This document shows, piece after piece, positions 36,396-49,255 of a DNA stretch of 64,000 nt (position 1 is its first letter; every line of letters begins with the position of its first letter). The notes beneath the pieces were generated by a model, which had not been told where the DNA came from, did not search any database, and saw nothing but the letters and a program-made list of their open reading frames with translations. Made by a program: the position numbers and the translations under genes. Location of the stretch: NCBI GenBank assembly GCA_050273025.1, contig CP158636.1, positions 10,726,001 to 10,790,000 of the forward strand. Direction: 5' to 3'. This DNA is from Cenococcum geophilum. Its lineage: Eukaryota.

Positions 36396-39380
36396 GTATA
36401 ATAAGTAACGATATTAACTAAATTAATTAGATAGATATTACACCTCTAATAAACGACTTAGAGATGCTAGGTATCTTTAAGGATAAAGATAGAGAAGAGG
36501 GAGATGGTATTACGGACGCTTTAAGTACAATATTATAACTACTTAAAGAAGAGTCGGAAGAAGCTAGTTAGTTAATATAGGCACGGTCTAAGATAGAACC
36601 CATAGAACTATATAACGAGGAATAGTAAGTAAGGTCACGTGATATAATCTATGTAATCTATATAATCTATAAGATCTATAACAAAGTGAATAGAGTAGAC
36701 AGAGTAGATAGAGCAACGACTTTCTTAGGAGTACGGTTGTGTATTTAAGGACCCTTAGTCCCTACCTAGATAGTTCCTTTCTCGTAGTGATTCTTAGAAT
36801 ACAATTGGAGTTAATCTGTTGGGCAACCACTCCACCAGTTGTTATTACGCTGTTAACTTTATTTAATACCTATACACCTAGCCCATTAACGAACCCACCG
36901 TAGTACTTGCTATAAGGTCCCGTTATAATAAAGGACCAGCTTTTCCACTTTAACACTATATATAGGCAGGCTTTTAATAAGCTTAAGAAACGGCTAGTCT
37001 CCGCCCCCTTGCTCACTTACTTTAACCTAAAACGGCCCTTAATGCTAAAAACCGATGCCTTAGATAGTGTTATTACTAGCGTTTATTCCCAGAAGTAGAT
37101 AAACGGAGAGTAGTACCCTATTACTTACTACTTAAAGACTATAGTAGATACTAAGCTAAACTACCCAATCCACGACAAAGAAATGTTGGCTATTATCTCT
37201 AGCTTTTAGCACTGGCAAGCATAGCTAGAAGGGACCCCTAAGCCTATTTAAGTAGTTTTAGATTATAAGGCCTTAGAATATTTTATAATAACAAAAGCCC
37301 TTACGGCCTGGCAGGCGCGCTAGGCGGATACCCTATCTTAGTTCCACTTTCTAATTATATATAGGCTAGGCGCTACTAACCGTGCGGATGCTCTTATAAG
37401 GCATAAACAGGACCTAAATAACTAGATAGCCGTGAAAATCTTATTATAGACCTAAACGCTACTATAACCAGAGCACCTTAACCCTCAAATATAGGAAGAA
37501 CTAAGTACTAAATTTTTAAGCGCTAAGATATATCCTATTGACCCTATGGAATTTAACCTTATTAATAAATTACTATAAGTAAACTATACGGACCCTTCTC
37601 TATAGAAGTACCGTAAAAAGGTAAAGGATATTACTAGCCCATGGTCCCTTAAAAATGGACTACTTAAGCACTAGGAACGGCTAGTAGTAGTAAAGGAATA
37701 AAACTTACGAACCTGGCTTATTGCTAAAGTATATACCTAGGTCTCTACGGCCCACCCTAAAAAAAATAAAACCCGTAAGATTATTAGTGACCGTTACTAC
37801 TAGCCCAGAATAGTTATAAATATTAACCGTTATATACGGAACTGTAACAACTACTATAGGTTTATAATTCCACGAGATAAGATACTAGGACTATTAAAGC
37901 CACTTCCAATACTAGAGCGCCCCTAGCAGTATATCTCTATAGACTTTTATAAACTGCCTCCAGACTATAACAGATACGATATAGTTATAATTCTAGTTAA
38001 CCGCTTTAGTAAGCGCCCGTTTTTAATTCCCTATTATAAAAATATTAATACTAAAGAGGCGGCCTAACTATATATCTACTACATCTACTAAATTTACGAA
38101 CTACTAGATACTATTATATTGGACCGCGGACCATAGTTTATATTAGCTTTCTAAAACGAGTTCACCCAGATTCTAGGGATTAGGCTAAAGCTTTTTATAG
38201 CGTACCACCCCTAGATAAATAGCCAGACGGAGATTATAAATTAATACTTAGACTAGAGACTTCGGCCCTTTATTAATTACTTCTAGAATAACTAGGGTAA
38301 ACTACTACCCCTTATAGACTACGCCTAGGCGACCTTACCCTATAATTCTATAGGATTTGCACCTATCTAACTAGAAATAGGGTATTTACTCTAAATAAGC
38401 TTTAACTAGGATAGGCTAGAGGGACCGCAGACTATACGTAAGAAACTGTCTTATAAGGAAGCCTAGCAGTACGCTAAGCGCTTAAAAGAAGCCTAGACGG
38501 TAGCCTATATAAATTTAAAAAAGGCCTAAAAGTCAATATAACAGCAGGTAAATAAGCATAGGCGAGAACCTGACTTTACTATAGGTATTATAGTCTAGGT
38601 TATAATAAAGAACTAAAAGACGGAACGGCCTAGCCATAAGCTAGACTATTAGATGGTAGGGCTATATACGGTCCTTAAGAAAATAGGCAATTTGTATAAA
38701 GTAGAGCTCCTAAATTTAATTAAGGTTCACCCTATCTTCTTATTAAATAAGCTACGGAAGGCTATAAACAACCTATTACCTAAACAAAAGAATAAACCCC
38801 CCCTATTAATTTAAGTCAGTGGCGATAACGAATAGGAAATTAAAGAGATACTAGCCTATAAGCTAGTAAGGAAAACACTAAAGTACTGCATTAGTTGGAA
38901 AGGCTATAACCTAGATCCTACCTAGTACCCTATATAGAACTTTATCGGCAGTCCCTATAAGCTTTAAGAATTCTATAGCCATTACCCTAATAAACTGGGA
39001 CCGCTAAAGTACCTAGATGAATAGATGGAATGCTAGTATAATAAAGATAATAAACTACTAGAAGAGCATAAAGATAAGAACGCCCTATAGGCATAATACG
39101 GATATATAAAGCCTAAGGGCAGGCTTTCGCAAAGGGGGGGGGTAATGTTACGGCACTGGCAGAAAGCGGCAGCTATAGTAGACGTTATGGTAGACGCAGG
39201 GCTCACGTGACTCTCACGTAACTAGGGATCGTATATAACTTCTCGCGTTACTACTTGTCCTTTCCCTTCCTTTTCTTTAGCTTTAGATTCTCGTTTATAG
39301 ACATTCCAATCGTACAGGCTTGCGCGTCCCTTTTGCCGTACCCATGCCTCGATTGACTGAGTCGCTAACAGCTAATACGT

Positions 39381-39437
39381 TATAGCAGAAAGGGCAAGCT
39401 GACACAGGATCTTTTAGATACTTGTAACTTAGATTAA
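39381..39437 (+). pseudogene. Displaced 3' end (YSRKGKLTQDLLDTCNLD*) of the HD-domain gene
   Basis: Removing the nest and one TA copy gives GAA GGC TAT AGC AGA AAG..GAT TAA, in frame with 9983-10609. Confidence 0.8.
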
Positions 39438-39798
39438 AGGTACCATAAGGTTTTGTCTTTAACAGTGTCGCTTTAATAAATAGTCATTGCAATTCTGGGA
39501 TATTGTTGGGGAAAGCAGGAAAGCACGAACCACTTTATCGCTGCCCCTCTATACGACGACGTCCTCCTCTACTCGTGTGGCTAATGCGGGCCAACTTCCA
39601 ATTATGAATTCAGGTGTCTTGTTGGCATGAACAAGACAGGTTTAAAGCTACAACTTTTGTTCCAAACTCGTACGAAATGCTTATCTAAAACTCGCATATC
39701 TTAGCGACGATTTACCTCAGCGAGCTCAGACGTGAATTTGATTGGAGCGGATGTTCCTTCGGCCCGTCAGCAAGCTAACTAACATCCACCAAAATCAC

Positions 39799-40239
39799 GT
39801 CTGAGAGCCTTTGGCGAGTTTTGTTAAAAGCGTAAGCAAAAATCTTAGTTTTAGCAACTTTATAAGGGGATTTCCTCCACGGCATAATAAAATAAAGTCT
39901 TTTAAAACTCGTCAATAATTTTTCAGGGGGCTACTTTATATATTAAATGCCTTTAAATTATATTATCCCCTCCCAAATTTAAGATTAATTTCGTTAAAGT
40001 TAAAATTCCCGTTGTTAAAAGCGTAAGCACTTTTATATACAGGCCTATATAGGCCCACATAAAGGTATAAAAGCCTAAACTCTCACTAATCTATAGAGCT
40101 AGATCTCCTAAGTAATTTGATATAATTTTTACCTTAAGAGACGTTGTAGGGATCTTAATCAATTTCGTTGAAAATTGTGAGTTTTCCCATACAAAAAACG
40201 CTTGTGCTTCCATACAAATCTCGCCAAAGTCCCTCAGAC
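39799..40239. mobile_element. Putative MITE, superfamily unassigned
   Basis: Imperfect 26-bp TIR GTCTGAGAGCCTTTGGCGAGTTTTGT / ACAAATCTCGCCAAAGTCCCTCAGAC (23/26), AT-rich core, internal repeat GTTAAAAGCGTAAGCA; no clean TSD. Confidence 0.55.
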
Positions 40240-40715
40240 CAAGAAATCGATTAAATATCCGAAGGAGATCAACGCGCCAGCGCAATCGATTTCTTAGTAT
40301 GAGTCCACTGAGGTAAAGCGACGATCACAAACCGCTTGTCTTAGTAAGCGACTCAGACGGCAGGGGCAGAGCTTAAGGCGCACTCACTAATACTAAAGTG
40401 TCACTAGTCTCTACATAAGAAAACACCACTTTCTTTTAACCAATCAGCTACTACTAGCCTTAAGTCTGCCCTGCCGTCTAAGCCTTTAGTGCGAGTTTTA
40501 GTAAGGCTTAACTTAGATTTTCGTAATTTTATACAAGAGACAATCTCTTCTATATATTTAACTCCCTAATAATATTTATTTAACCTAATAAGCTCACTAG
40601 TTAAGTTAGACTAATCTCTTCTATAATCAATTACTTTTTATAATAGGAATATATTAGTGGGGGGTACTTAGGCAGTCTCTTTAAGCTCGGCGACGGCACG
40701 TAATAGGTTACGTAC

Positions 40716-43700
40716 TATTGGAAACACAGGGTGACTCACTAATAACGACTACTCGAGTAGGGTTACAGTGATGTTGGTTGATTCTTATTGATAGGAATAA
40801 GGAAAGGGGTGAGGAACTTAAGGTTCCTCACCACGCTAGGGCCACGTCAACACGTGACGGCAATATACTTCATACGACGGCAACTTGCCTTATTCCCAAC
40901 ACTGGCAACTCTTCTTTTTGTGGTTGCCATATATATATATACAAACAGACAGTATATAACAAAACCAGATGATATACGACAATGCGGCAGTTGGCAGAAT
41001 TTAGTGGATAACGTAAAGACGGGTGGGCCGCTAAGACGCTAGTAGTAAGCGAGCCAATGGCGATTTTCCATGCCGGGCATAGAAAATCCTAATTAGTTAG
41101 TAGAAGTCCATACCACCACCTAAATTAATTAGGCGCGGCGCTCTTAGCAAGAATCTAACTAATTAGATAACTTTAACCGGCGGTTAAAGTTCTATAAGAT
41201 TTTAACTTCTCTAAATTTCCCTCTTAACCTAACCTTTAACTTATATATGTAGAGTATTTATATTAATAAACGTCTCTAGTGCCTTATTTAGGTTTACCTT
41301 TATTATTATATCTACTAGATTATCTTAGCTATTAATCTATTGGATCTTAAAGAGTTTTTAACGCTTATAGGACTACTAAAGTACTATAATATTAATTATA
41401 AGACGCTTCTCCTTTATAGTACTAAGCTTAACTAAACACTTATAGAGGGAATATAAGTCGGTGTATATAATTATAGGAATAGCGGGAAGTTTAAGCCGGT
41501 TTATAATTATCTTAAGGGTAGTTCTAATTGCAATTACTATATTAACTCCGCCGACTATTTTATATATTTCTAACGCTAGAACGCTTTAAGTAACGTACTT
41601 ACTTTTAGTTAAGCTCTAATAGATAAGGTTGCCGTAGATTATAAAGTTATTCTCTTTAGTAGATTCGTTTATAATAATAATTTTATATCCTAGCTAGGAG
41701 CTAAAATCTTTATTATTTATAAATAATCTATTAATAAATACGAAGAGCTTAGCGGTAGGAAGGTTAATAGGTATATAGAGTAGTCCCCTATTAAGATAGT
41801 TTATTTACTAAAAAAGACGCTTATTTAGGGTAAGAATATTATTCTTAGTTAGTTCCTAGTATTAAGCGGCAATAAAGAAATTAAAGGAAGCCTTGGGTTA
41901 ATAGATAGAAGCTATATAAGCTTCGCGAGCGCGTTACTCCATATATCCTTACTTTAGAGAATTAACGTTAATAACGTTAATCTTCTTGCCTTAACCCTTC
42001 TGGCGTAGAGTAATAGAGCCCTTATTTAGGGAGAGGATATATTTATTAAAGAGTAATAGTATTACTAAGTTAAGTCTTTCCTTTGGCTTTGCTATAAGGT
42101 TTACCTTTACTAGCTTATCTTCTTTAAGAGCTAAGAATTAGTCGTCTCCTAAGATGATTATATCGTCCGTTTATATACTGATAATTTTAAATAGAGTTCC
42201 TGTAGTTATAATAAAAAAGCAGGGATTAAATATAGAAGTAGTTATTAAAAGCTTCTCCTTATAGTGCTTACTATAGGTAGCCTACTAATAAATTCCTACC
42301 TCTGCAATTTTATATAATGGCTTAAGTATAACCATAATTATATCCTCGGGATATTAGTGGCGAATTTGCTCTGGAAGGTATACTAGTATTAAGCGCTAAA
42401 GGTACATCTCTAATTGGGTGTAGGCCTAAGTAATATCTCATAGGTAAACCGCTATCCTATTTTTTATTAAGGAGGGAGCTAGCGTAATAATAACTCGTTA
42501 ACTAGCTCGTTAAATTATAAGGGATTATATAAGAATTACTTCCTTACCGTTATCGTTATAACCTTAAATAACTAGCCTTAACTTCTTAAATAGGGTATTG
42601 GTAGCTTTACCTTTAATCTTATTAACTATTCTTAACTTAAATATACGGACTCTATTAAACTTAGTAGGGTTATATTTCTTAAATTTAAAGACTTCTCTTA
42701 TAATAAGACTGTCAATCTCCTGCTTATTAGATACTTAGAAAGGAGCTCCTAGAGTTATAATACGGCCTTCCTTTTAGAGCTATTTTATAAGTTTAAAGTT
42801 AGCCTTCTCTTTAGCTGTTATAAAGGCCATTAATAGTTTATCTCTATTCTTAATAGCGGTAATAAATTACTCTTCGAAATTAATAAGATATTAGTAATTT
42901 CGTAATCCCTTTAGGCGACCTCTACCGCGTCGTAGTTGCGGTACGTCTACTATAATTATATTAAAATCGCCTTTGCCTTCTAGAGCACGTTAATTGTAGT
43001 TCTCCTCTAGGGTATCCTCTAGGGTATCCTATAAAGGCTTAGAGCTATTATCCCTATAGTAGGGCTTAATAATAGTTAAGTAGAATTAAGTAGGTCTATA
43101 GGGCATCTAAAGAGTATAAGTTTAACTATTAATTATAATAAGTTTATATAGGCCTAACTATCCTCCCTTTTTACGCTATACGCGTACCTTTAATTAGAGT
43201 GGTAGATTAAGTGTAATTAAGGTATTTAGGCTATTTCTTATTCCTAATACGTTATTAACCTAGCACGTAGCATAAAGACGTTATACCTCCTTTATTGCCT
43301 TATAAATAGCCTTAGCTTATTACGCAATAGAGGGAGATAGTAGAGAATTGTTAGTTATTTAAGGGTAGGCGCTAAAGACTAGTAATGTAGGTATAAGCCT
43401 ATTTAGGCTAGCGGTATTGTTAATAGCCTTAATAGCCATCTATAGGATAAGCTCTTTGCTAGTACCCTCTAGTTTTAAAGAAATAATCTTATATACGCGG
43501 CGTAATAGTATATAATATCGTTTTACTTTTTTAATACTATTATATACCTTAACGGGGACTTCCTTAACCTTAATTATTATTATCTTTACCTATTATCGAA
43601 ACTCTATAAATAAGAAGTTCTTTCCTATATTATAAACAATTTAATTAGGGGGTCCTAGGTAGATATTAATCTAGTATAATTAAAGAGTATCCTATACGTT

Positions 43701-46700
43701 CTTAGCTAATATATCTTTTAAAAAGCGTGCGGCTTAGAAGGAGGTTAAGAAGTTAATAACTTAGAGTACTGGCTTGCCGCTAAGATATATAACATCTATA
43801 ATAATGTAGAAGTTAAAGTTATAGTTATCTTTAAGAGTAAACTTAAATCGGCTAGGGGACTTTTAGTTCATTTAGTAGTAGTAGCAGTACTTTATAAGAT
43901 GTTTAATTACCTTAACCTTAACTTTATAACCTGCTTACTAAAGGACCCTAAGCAATTAGTAAATAAATAGGTGGCTAAAACAACAGTGTAGTTAACGTAA
44001 CTCTAACTTAGTTAGGTGGCTTTAAGCAACGCTCCTTTCTAGCTATTAAAGAAGCAATTAAGGGTAACCCTACTTACGTATAACGGGCACCTAACTATCT
44101 CCCTAGATAAGCATATTCTTAAGGTTATTAAGCTTAATACCTAATTTATCTATATCTTAGATGCAGAATAGGAATAGGGTATTCGTGGGGATAATATAGA
44201 AAGTAATATATCCTAACGGGGTTTGGACCTTAATTATGCTAAGAGAGATTATAGTACTCTTGCTAAAGCGAATTATATATTAGCCTGCTGTTAATTAGTT
44301 AATTTAAACAGAGCTATTAAGCTGCTAAAAAGCTCGAACTTAAGGCTTTCCTGCTATAGATACTCCTGCGGCTCTAGTATCTGGTATAATACTATAGAAG
44401 ACGTTTGCTAAGTATCTATTATTAAAGGAGAACGCGGAACTTTCCTTTAGCTTATTAAAGATATCTAACTTTATAATAGAATGGAGCGTAGATTAGTTAT
44501 TAAGGATAGCGACGGTTTGTATGCTATTTACCTTACCATACTCGGTAAAGTATTAGTTGGGAGAGTAGTCCTTAATTTCTATATCCATAAGGAGCTATTT
44601 GGCCTCGTTAACCTCACCCTTAAGATCTTCTTCGCCTTTATATTAAACTAGGAAGTTTTAGAAGTAGGCTATAATAACCTCTTAGTTTCTAACGTTTTAT
44701 ATACTCTAGCGAAACCTATTATATGCCTCCTTTCGTCTATTAAGAGGGTATCTAGTTAACTAGTAATTTGGCTTCTTATAAACGTAGCACTTCTTCTAAT
44801 AATTACTCCGAAGTAAACCTCCATAAGGACCTCTATAATTGCCTTATAGTTAATATTAATTATACCCTTTACCGTATCCCCTACTACGTCCACTATATAT
44901 TTAATTAGTCTAGTTATAATTATATTAGTTAGCTAGGTTAATTAAGGTAGGTTAAAGTTAGGCGTTAAATTACTATACTTCTTAAGAGCGTAGAGCGGTG
45001 CTAATAGAGGATCTTAATTAAGTATATACTCCTTTATAAGTACTTATAGGGTTAAAGAAAGCAAGATTGTATTCTTTAATACCTCGGTATACGCTAATAA
45101 CTTAATTATATAGGCTAAGGTCCTCTTAATATAATTTAGATAAACCACGCTAAATTATCTAAAGTTAATTAAAAAGCTTTTAAAGATAATTAAGCTAAGA
45201 GACACCTAGGTTCGTAGCAATAATTCTTAAAAAGGTAGTCTCTCTCCACTCCAATATATATTGCTACTTATTCTCTTCTATTTTAAAGTAGCATCTTATC
45301 TTATATATTATTTGGTTAAAATTATATCCTTTTCCTACCAAATAATTATAATAGAAGGTACTAGTGCGGCCCTTAAGTATAACGGAATAGGCGTTATAAT
45401 ATTAGTTAGGTTTTAGTCTAACCTTCTAATAATAGTTATAGAAGATACGTAGCTTTAAATTAAGGATATTATATAGTTCCCCGCTAAACTTCTTCTCCTA
45501 GTCCATATAGAGCTTTATAAGCTCTATAAGCATTTTTAAGGTACCTCTAAGTGGTATTAAACCATATTAAAATTGCATTAAAGATTAAGGTAGGGATTAC
45601 TTTATAGGCTGTAGTAGAGATATAGGGCTTAGTAGAACACAGCGTGGTACCTAATTTTCCTATAGTAGAGTTTAAAGGTTATTAAATCGCGAAGTAAGGG
45701 GATCTTGCGCTTGCTTTTAAGGGGTAGTAGTTAATATTACTGGTTAAATTAATAAATCCTAGGGAGCTAGAGATAGAGGTGGAAGCAATAAATACAGAAC
45801 GTAAGAACTTATACCTAGAGTAATAGAATTAGAGCGCGTCTCTATTAGTGTATTGTTTAGATTCTATTGTAAGTTAAGCTTCTTCTTAGTGTATAGTTAG
45901 TGCTTAACCTCTTATAGAGTCTATTTATGCTCTTCTTTTACGTTAATAACTTACTCTTAGATATTATCTCTAATAGCACCCCCATCCATAGGGACAAATA
46001 CTCTATTCTCCTAAAGGAAGTTATAAAAGTCTTATATAATGTCCTTCTTCGCAAGAGCCTATATTTCCTTTATCCATCTAATAAAGTCCTCCTTTATACA
46101 ACACCATAGCTTAGTATCGTTGTATTCGCTATCTATATAGTATACTATACGGTATACTAAGAATCCATTTAGGTCCTATTCCTTAGCGTTTATAGAGTTA
46201 ATATCTATATCCCACGTCTCCGGGTTAATACTTTTCTCGTACTTCTTTGGGTAGGTTAACGCTATAGTAGGTATAAAATTGACAGGGTGTCGTACATTAA
46301 AGGTAGGTAGGGTTTTTGGCTTTATAGAATCTTATAGGTTTGCTGTTAAAAGGTAGGCAATTAAGATATTGTTAACGCGTTTTGGATATTAACTTTAGGA
46401 CCGTAGGTTTAGTAACACTTCTAACCTAAAGTACTTAACTAAATCTTTGTATACGTAGTTGTTTAACGCGTTTTAGACGTTAATTTTAGGACTATAGGTT
46501 TAGTAATACTTCTAACCTAAAGTACTTAACCAAATCTTTGTAAACGTGGTTATTCTACGTAATAGACGCAACTTAGTATCTCCTAGTACTTAGTAACACT
46601 TCTATTACTAGTTTTCTATAAGTCTAAGGTAGTATAGTATCGCCGGGATCCATTCTATATAAGCGCATATAGCACCCCTATACGAGACTGTCTCTTCTAT

Positions 46701-46936
46701 TTAAAAACCTAGCTGCTCTGTGGTTAACTATATATTCAACCACTAATCAGTATTAGAAATATAGGGTAACTCACTAATAACAACTACTTAAGTAGGGTTA
46801 CAGTGATATTAGTTAATTCTTATTGATAGGAATGAGGAAAGGGGTGAGGAACTTAAGGTTCCTCACCACGCTAGGGCCACGTCGACACGTGACGGCAATA
46901 TGCTTCATGCGACGGCAACTTGCCTCATTCCCGACA
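40716..46936 (-). mobile_element. Ty1/Copia element F, GalEa-like, full length and heavily RIP-mutated
   Basis: 186-bp LTRs 40716-40901 and 46751-46936, TSD CGTAC. RT motif I*TDD (QTDD) near 42170; LR*LHCCFSH (LRQLHRRFGH) near 43990; palindromic CACT(G/A)ATCAG beside the 5' LTR in place of a PBS. Confidence 0.88.
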
Positions 46937-47297
46937 CGTACACTACACGGGCCATATTATAGATATCTTCTCGGGTGATCAAGCCCCTTAGATTCTTCCT
47001 TATAGAGCCTCTTATTTATATATTCTATACTAGCCTAGTTACTATCCTAATAGAATACTACTTCCTTATGAGTTACGCGTTTCTAGTATTTAGGTAAATA
47101 CCGATGTGTCCTTATCTTCCCTAGCTCTACTTAAGCCCTCTCTAGAGCTCTAATATACTGCGAAGTCTTATAATCGTCTCCATAAATGGGTAGCAGCAAA
47201 GATAGCCCGTAAGACTCTGACTATAGTCTATTAATTATACATCATTAATCATACTTTCTATTTAATCATGAAAGATCCAGCACTAAATTCCGAGCGC

Positions 47298-49255
47298 TTA
47301 AGCCAGGCAAATCCAAGGTAAAAAGAAAGGGAAAAGCACCACCCCCAAAGACTTCTTCCAAGTCGGCGCCTCTGCCCATCCTAACGGACAAGATTTTTTC
47401 CACTTGAAACCGTAGTCGATGCTATTGAAATCCAGGTCGGTCCCATGGAGCTGCGCTTTGCAGCCCCTGAGAAGTGTCTGGAAGCCGTGGAGGTTGGCGG
47501 CCTTGACGAATGCCGCGGTGTCTTTGCAATCGGGACCTGTGGTGGTGTCAGTTCATTTCTTGGAGCAAGAAATGGTTTAGTGGAAGAGAAGGGTGGGTTA
47601 CCGCAGCAACAGGGCAGCATTCCATAGCGTGAGGTTTTATTACCAAATTGGGTGTTCCACTGATGAGTTCCGATGTCGCAAACCGGCAGCGTCCAAGTAC
47701 CTGCGTGAATAGTTAGAATAGCTCCAAAGGGTGTGGATGGAACATTCTGACCGATCCAACCAGCGCCATCTGCGTATGGGGTCAGCATTCCGTTTGAGGA
47801 AACTGATAATTGAATTTGCTTGAATGTCATGTCTCGCGTATAGTTGAATCCCCCAATTCTCCAAGCGCGTGCAGATGCCTTTGTAATGTCCTAAGCTGTG
47901 TTAGAGGGTTCTAGCTGATTGTAAATTAACTCGCTCACCGAACCCGCTATGTTGTAGTCTGAAGCGTTGAGTTGGTCGAGCCCCCAGGGCTTGTCGAGAT
48001 GACCCTTGAGTACACTGTCCTCGTGATATCTACATTGTATGAGCTGTGAAAGTCACCGTTTTGCTTGATAGATATACATACAAGTACGTGTAGTATACGC
48101 CACCATCACCGTCGGAATAATAACGCGTCTGCGAGGGACCCGAGGTGTCGCTGGTGTTGTCGGTCTTCGAGAATAGAGTAAAAATCCTGCGAGTCCTACG
48201 AATGTAAGCGTGAGAAGAGGATATGAGTGAATGAGGTCCTCACTTCCATTGAGCATTGATAGTTCTAGAGAGCAACTGCTTCTTGTAAAAATCTTCAATT
48301 TCTGAGTTGCTTGGAATGTTCGTATTTTCAACATAACTGCCACCCGCTAGGTAATTCCTTGATATCACAAGTTAGAAGGTACGGTTGAATGCATGGAAGA
48401 TTAGAGCCTACAAGATGGTATTATTCTGGCTGTCTTCCTTTCCGGAGAAAGTATCATTCGACCAGCTTTCCAGAGTTGCTCGGCTTGTCTGTCCAAATGC
48501 AGCAGCATATGACCGCATATCTACTAGAGATTGGGTATCACCCATGGAAGGGCTGAGACGTGGTTAGTAAAATCCGAATAGACTGAATAGATCCGCGTAC
48601 TCTGGAGTCAGCGAATACGCTATTTGTTGAATACCTGCAGCTGTAAAAGCCGCCAATCCAGTCGCTGTTACTTCGAGAAGCCCTGGGACAATGGCTAAAA
48701 GCATCGTTAATGCTGCCACGATCCAGAAGGCCGCATCACCAAAAGCAAATTGAGGATTGTTCCATGGGAAGAAGGTTAGGGCAATCTTCCCAGATAGGTC
48801 GCTATAGTCTTGTTGGCCGTTTGATATTCCGGTCTTTAAAATATTAGATGACTTTTTGAGACTTTATCAATCCCCACGTACGTATATTGAGTTGAAGAGT
48901 GTATTCAAGTTGATGGTAGAGGTTAATGCTTGAAACGCCCATGCAGGATCACCAACATCTTGATAACCTGTTTGTTGTTAGATGTCGACAATACGTGCAC
49001 CGCGTTGAAAAATAATAGCTCACTGGAGCAACCGGGCATGCCGCAGCTGCTAGAGTCTCCGATCCTACACTCAAAGGAGTTCACATGGTTTCCGAAAGAT
49101 CTACCAAGCTCGTTCGCAAAAGAGGTATGTGGCGACAAGACGATGTTCTTCCACCAATTGCTCAGTTCTTGGTCAGTGTTTGCCGCCATGTATGCGGAAA
49201 CGGTAGGCTGCCAGCTAGGGTCAGAACCGCAATCTCCACGAGGAACAAGCGCCAT
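47298..49255 (-). CDS. Multi-exon hypothetical Cys-containing protein with hydrophobic C-terminus (possibly secreted or membrane-anchored); 5' end uncertain
   Basis: ORF pieces 48923-49255 and 47381-47830 joined by GT-AG introns (e.g. GTGAGC near 49024, GTACGT near 48884); last exon ends ..LGVVLFPFFLPWICLA*. Confidence 0.6.

Larger units (their letters stand above)
21424..36927 (+). mobile_element. Ty3/Gypsy chromovirus C (RIP-inactivated), interrupted by D and E
   Basis: 420-bp LTRs 21424-21843 and 36508-36927, TSD ATAAA, PPT AGAGAAGAGGGAGATGG, gag from ATG near 21883, RT VYLNNI near 25990, RH, IN, chromodomain split at 33341/35634. Confidence 0.93.
11604..39370 (+). mobile_element. Ty3/Gypsy chromovirus A (RIP-inactivated), interrupted by B, a solo LTR and C
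   Basis: 225-bp LTRs 11604-11828 and 39146-39370, TSD GCTAA, PPT AAAGGGGGGGGGTAA. gag, PR (ANSRA = DSGA near 13272), RT (AYLDNI near 21095), RH, IN and chromodomain (~38830-38990) in Gypsy order. Confidence 0.93.
10612..39380. mobile_element. Pogo/Fot1-type (Tc1/mariner) MITE, about 437 bp of own sequence (10612-10619, 11180-11603, 39376-39380); outermost element of the nest
   Basis: TA duplications at 10610-11 and 39381-82. Reconstructed ~95-bp TIRs ACGTATTAGCCACCC(C/T)AACGAGC..; AT-rich non-coding core. Confidence 0.88.
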
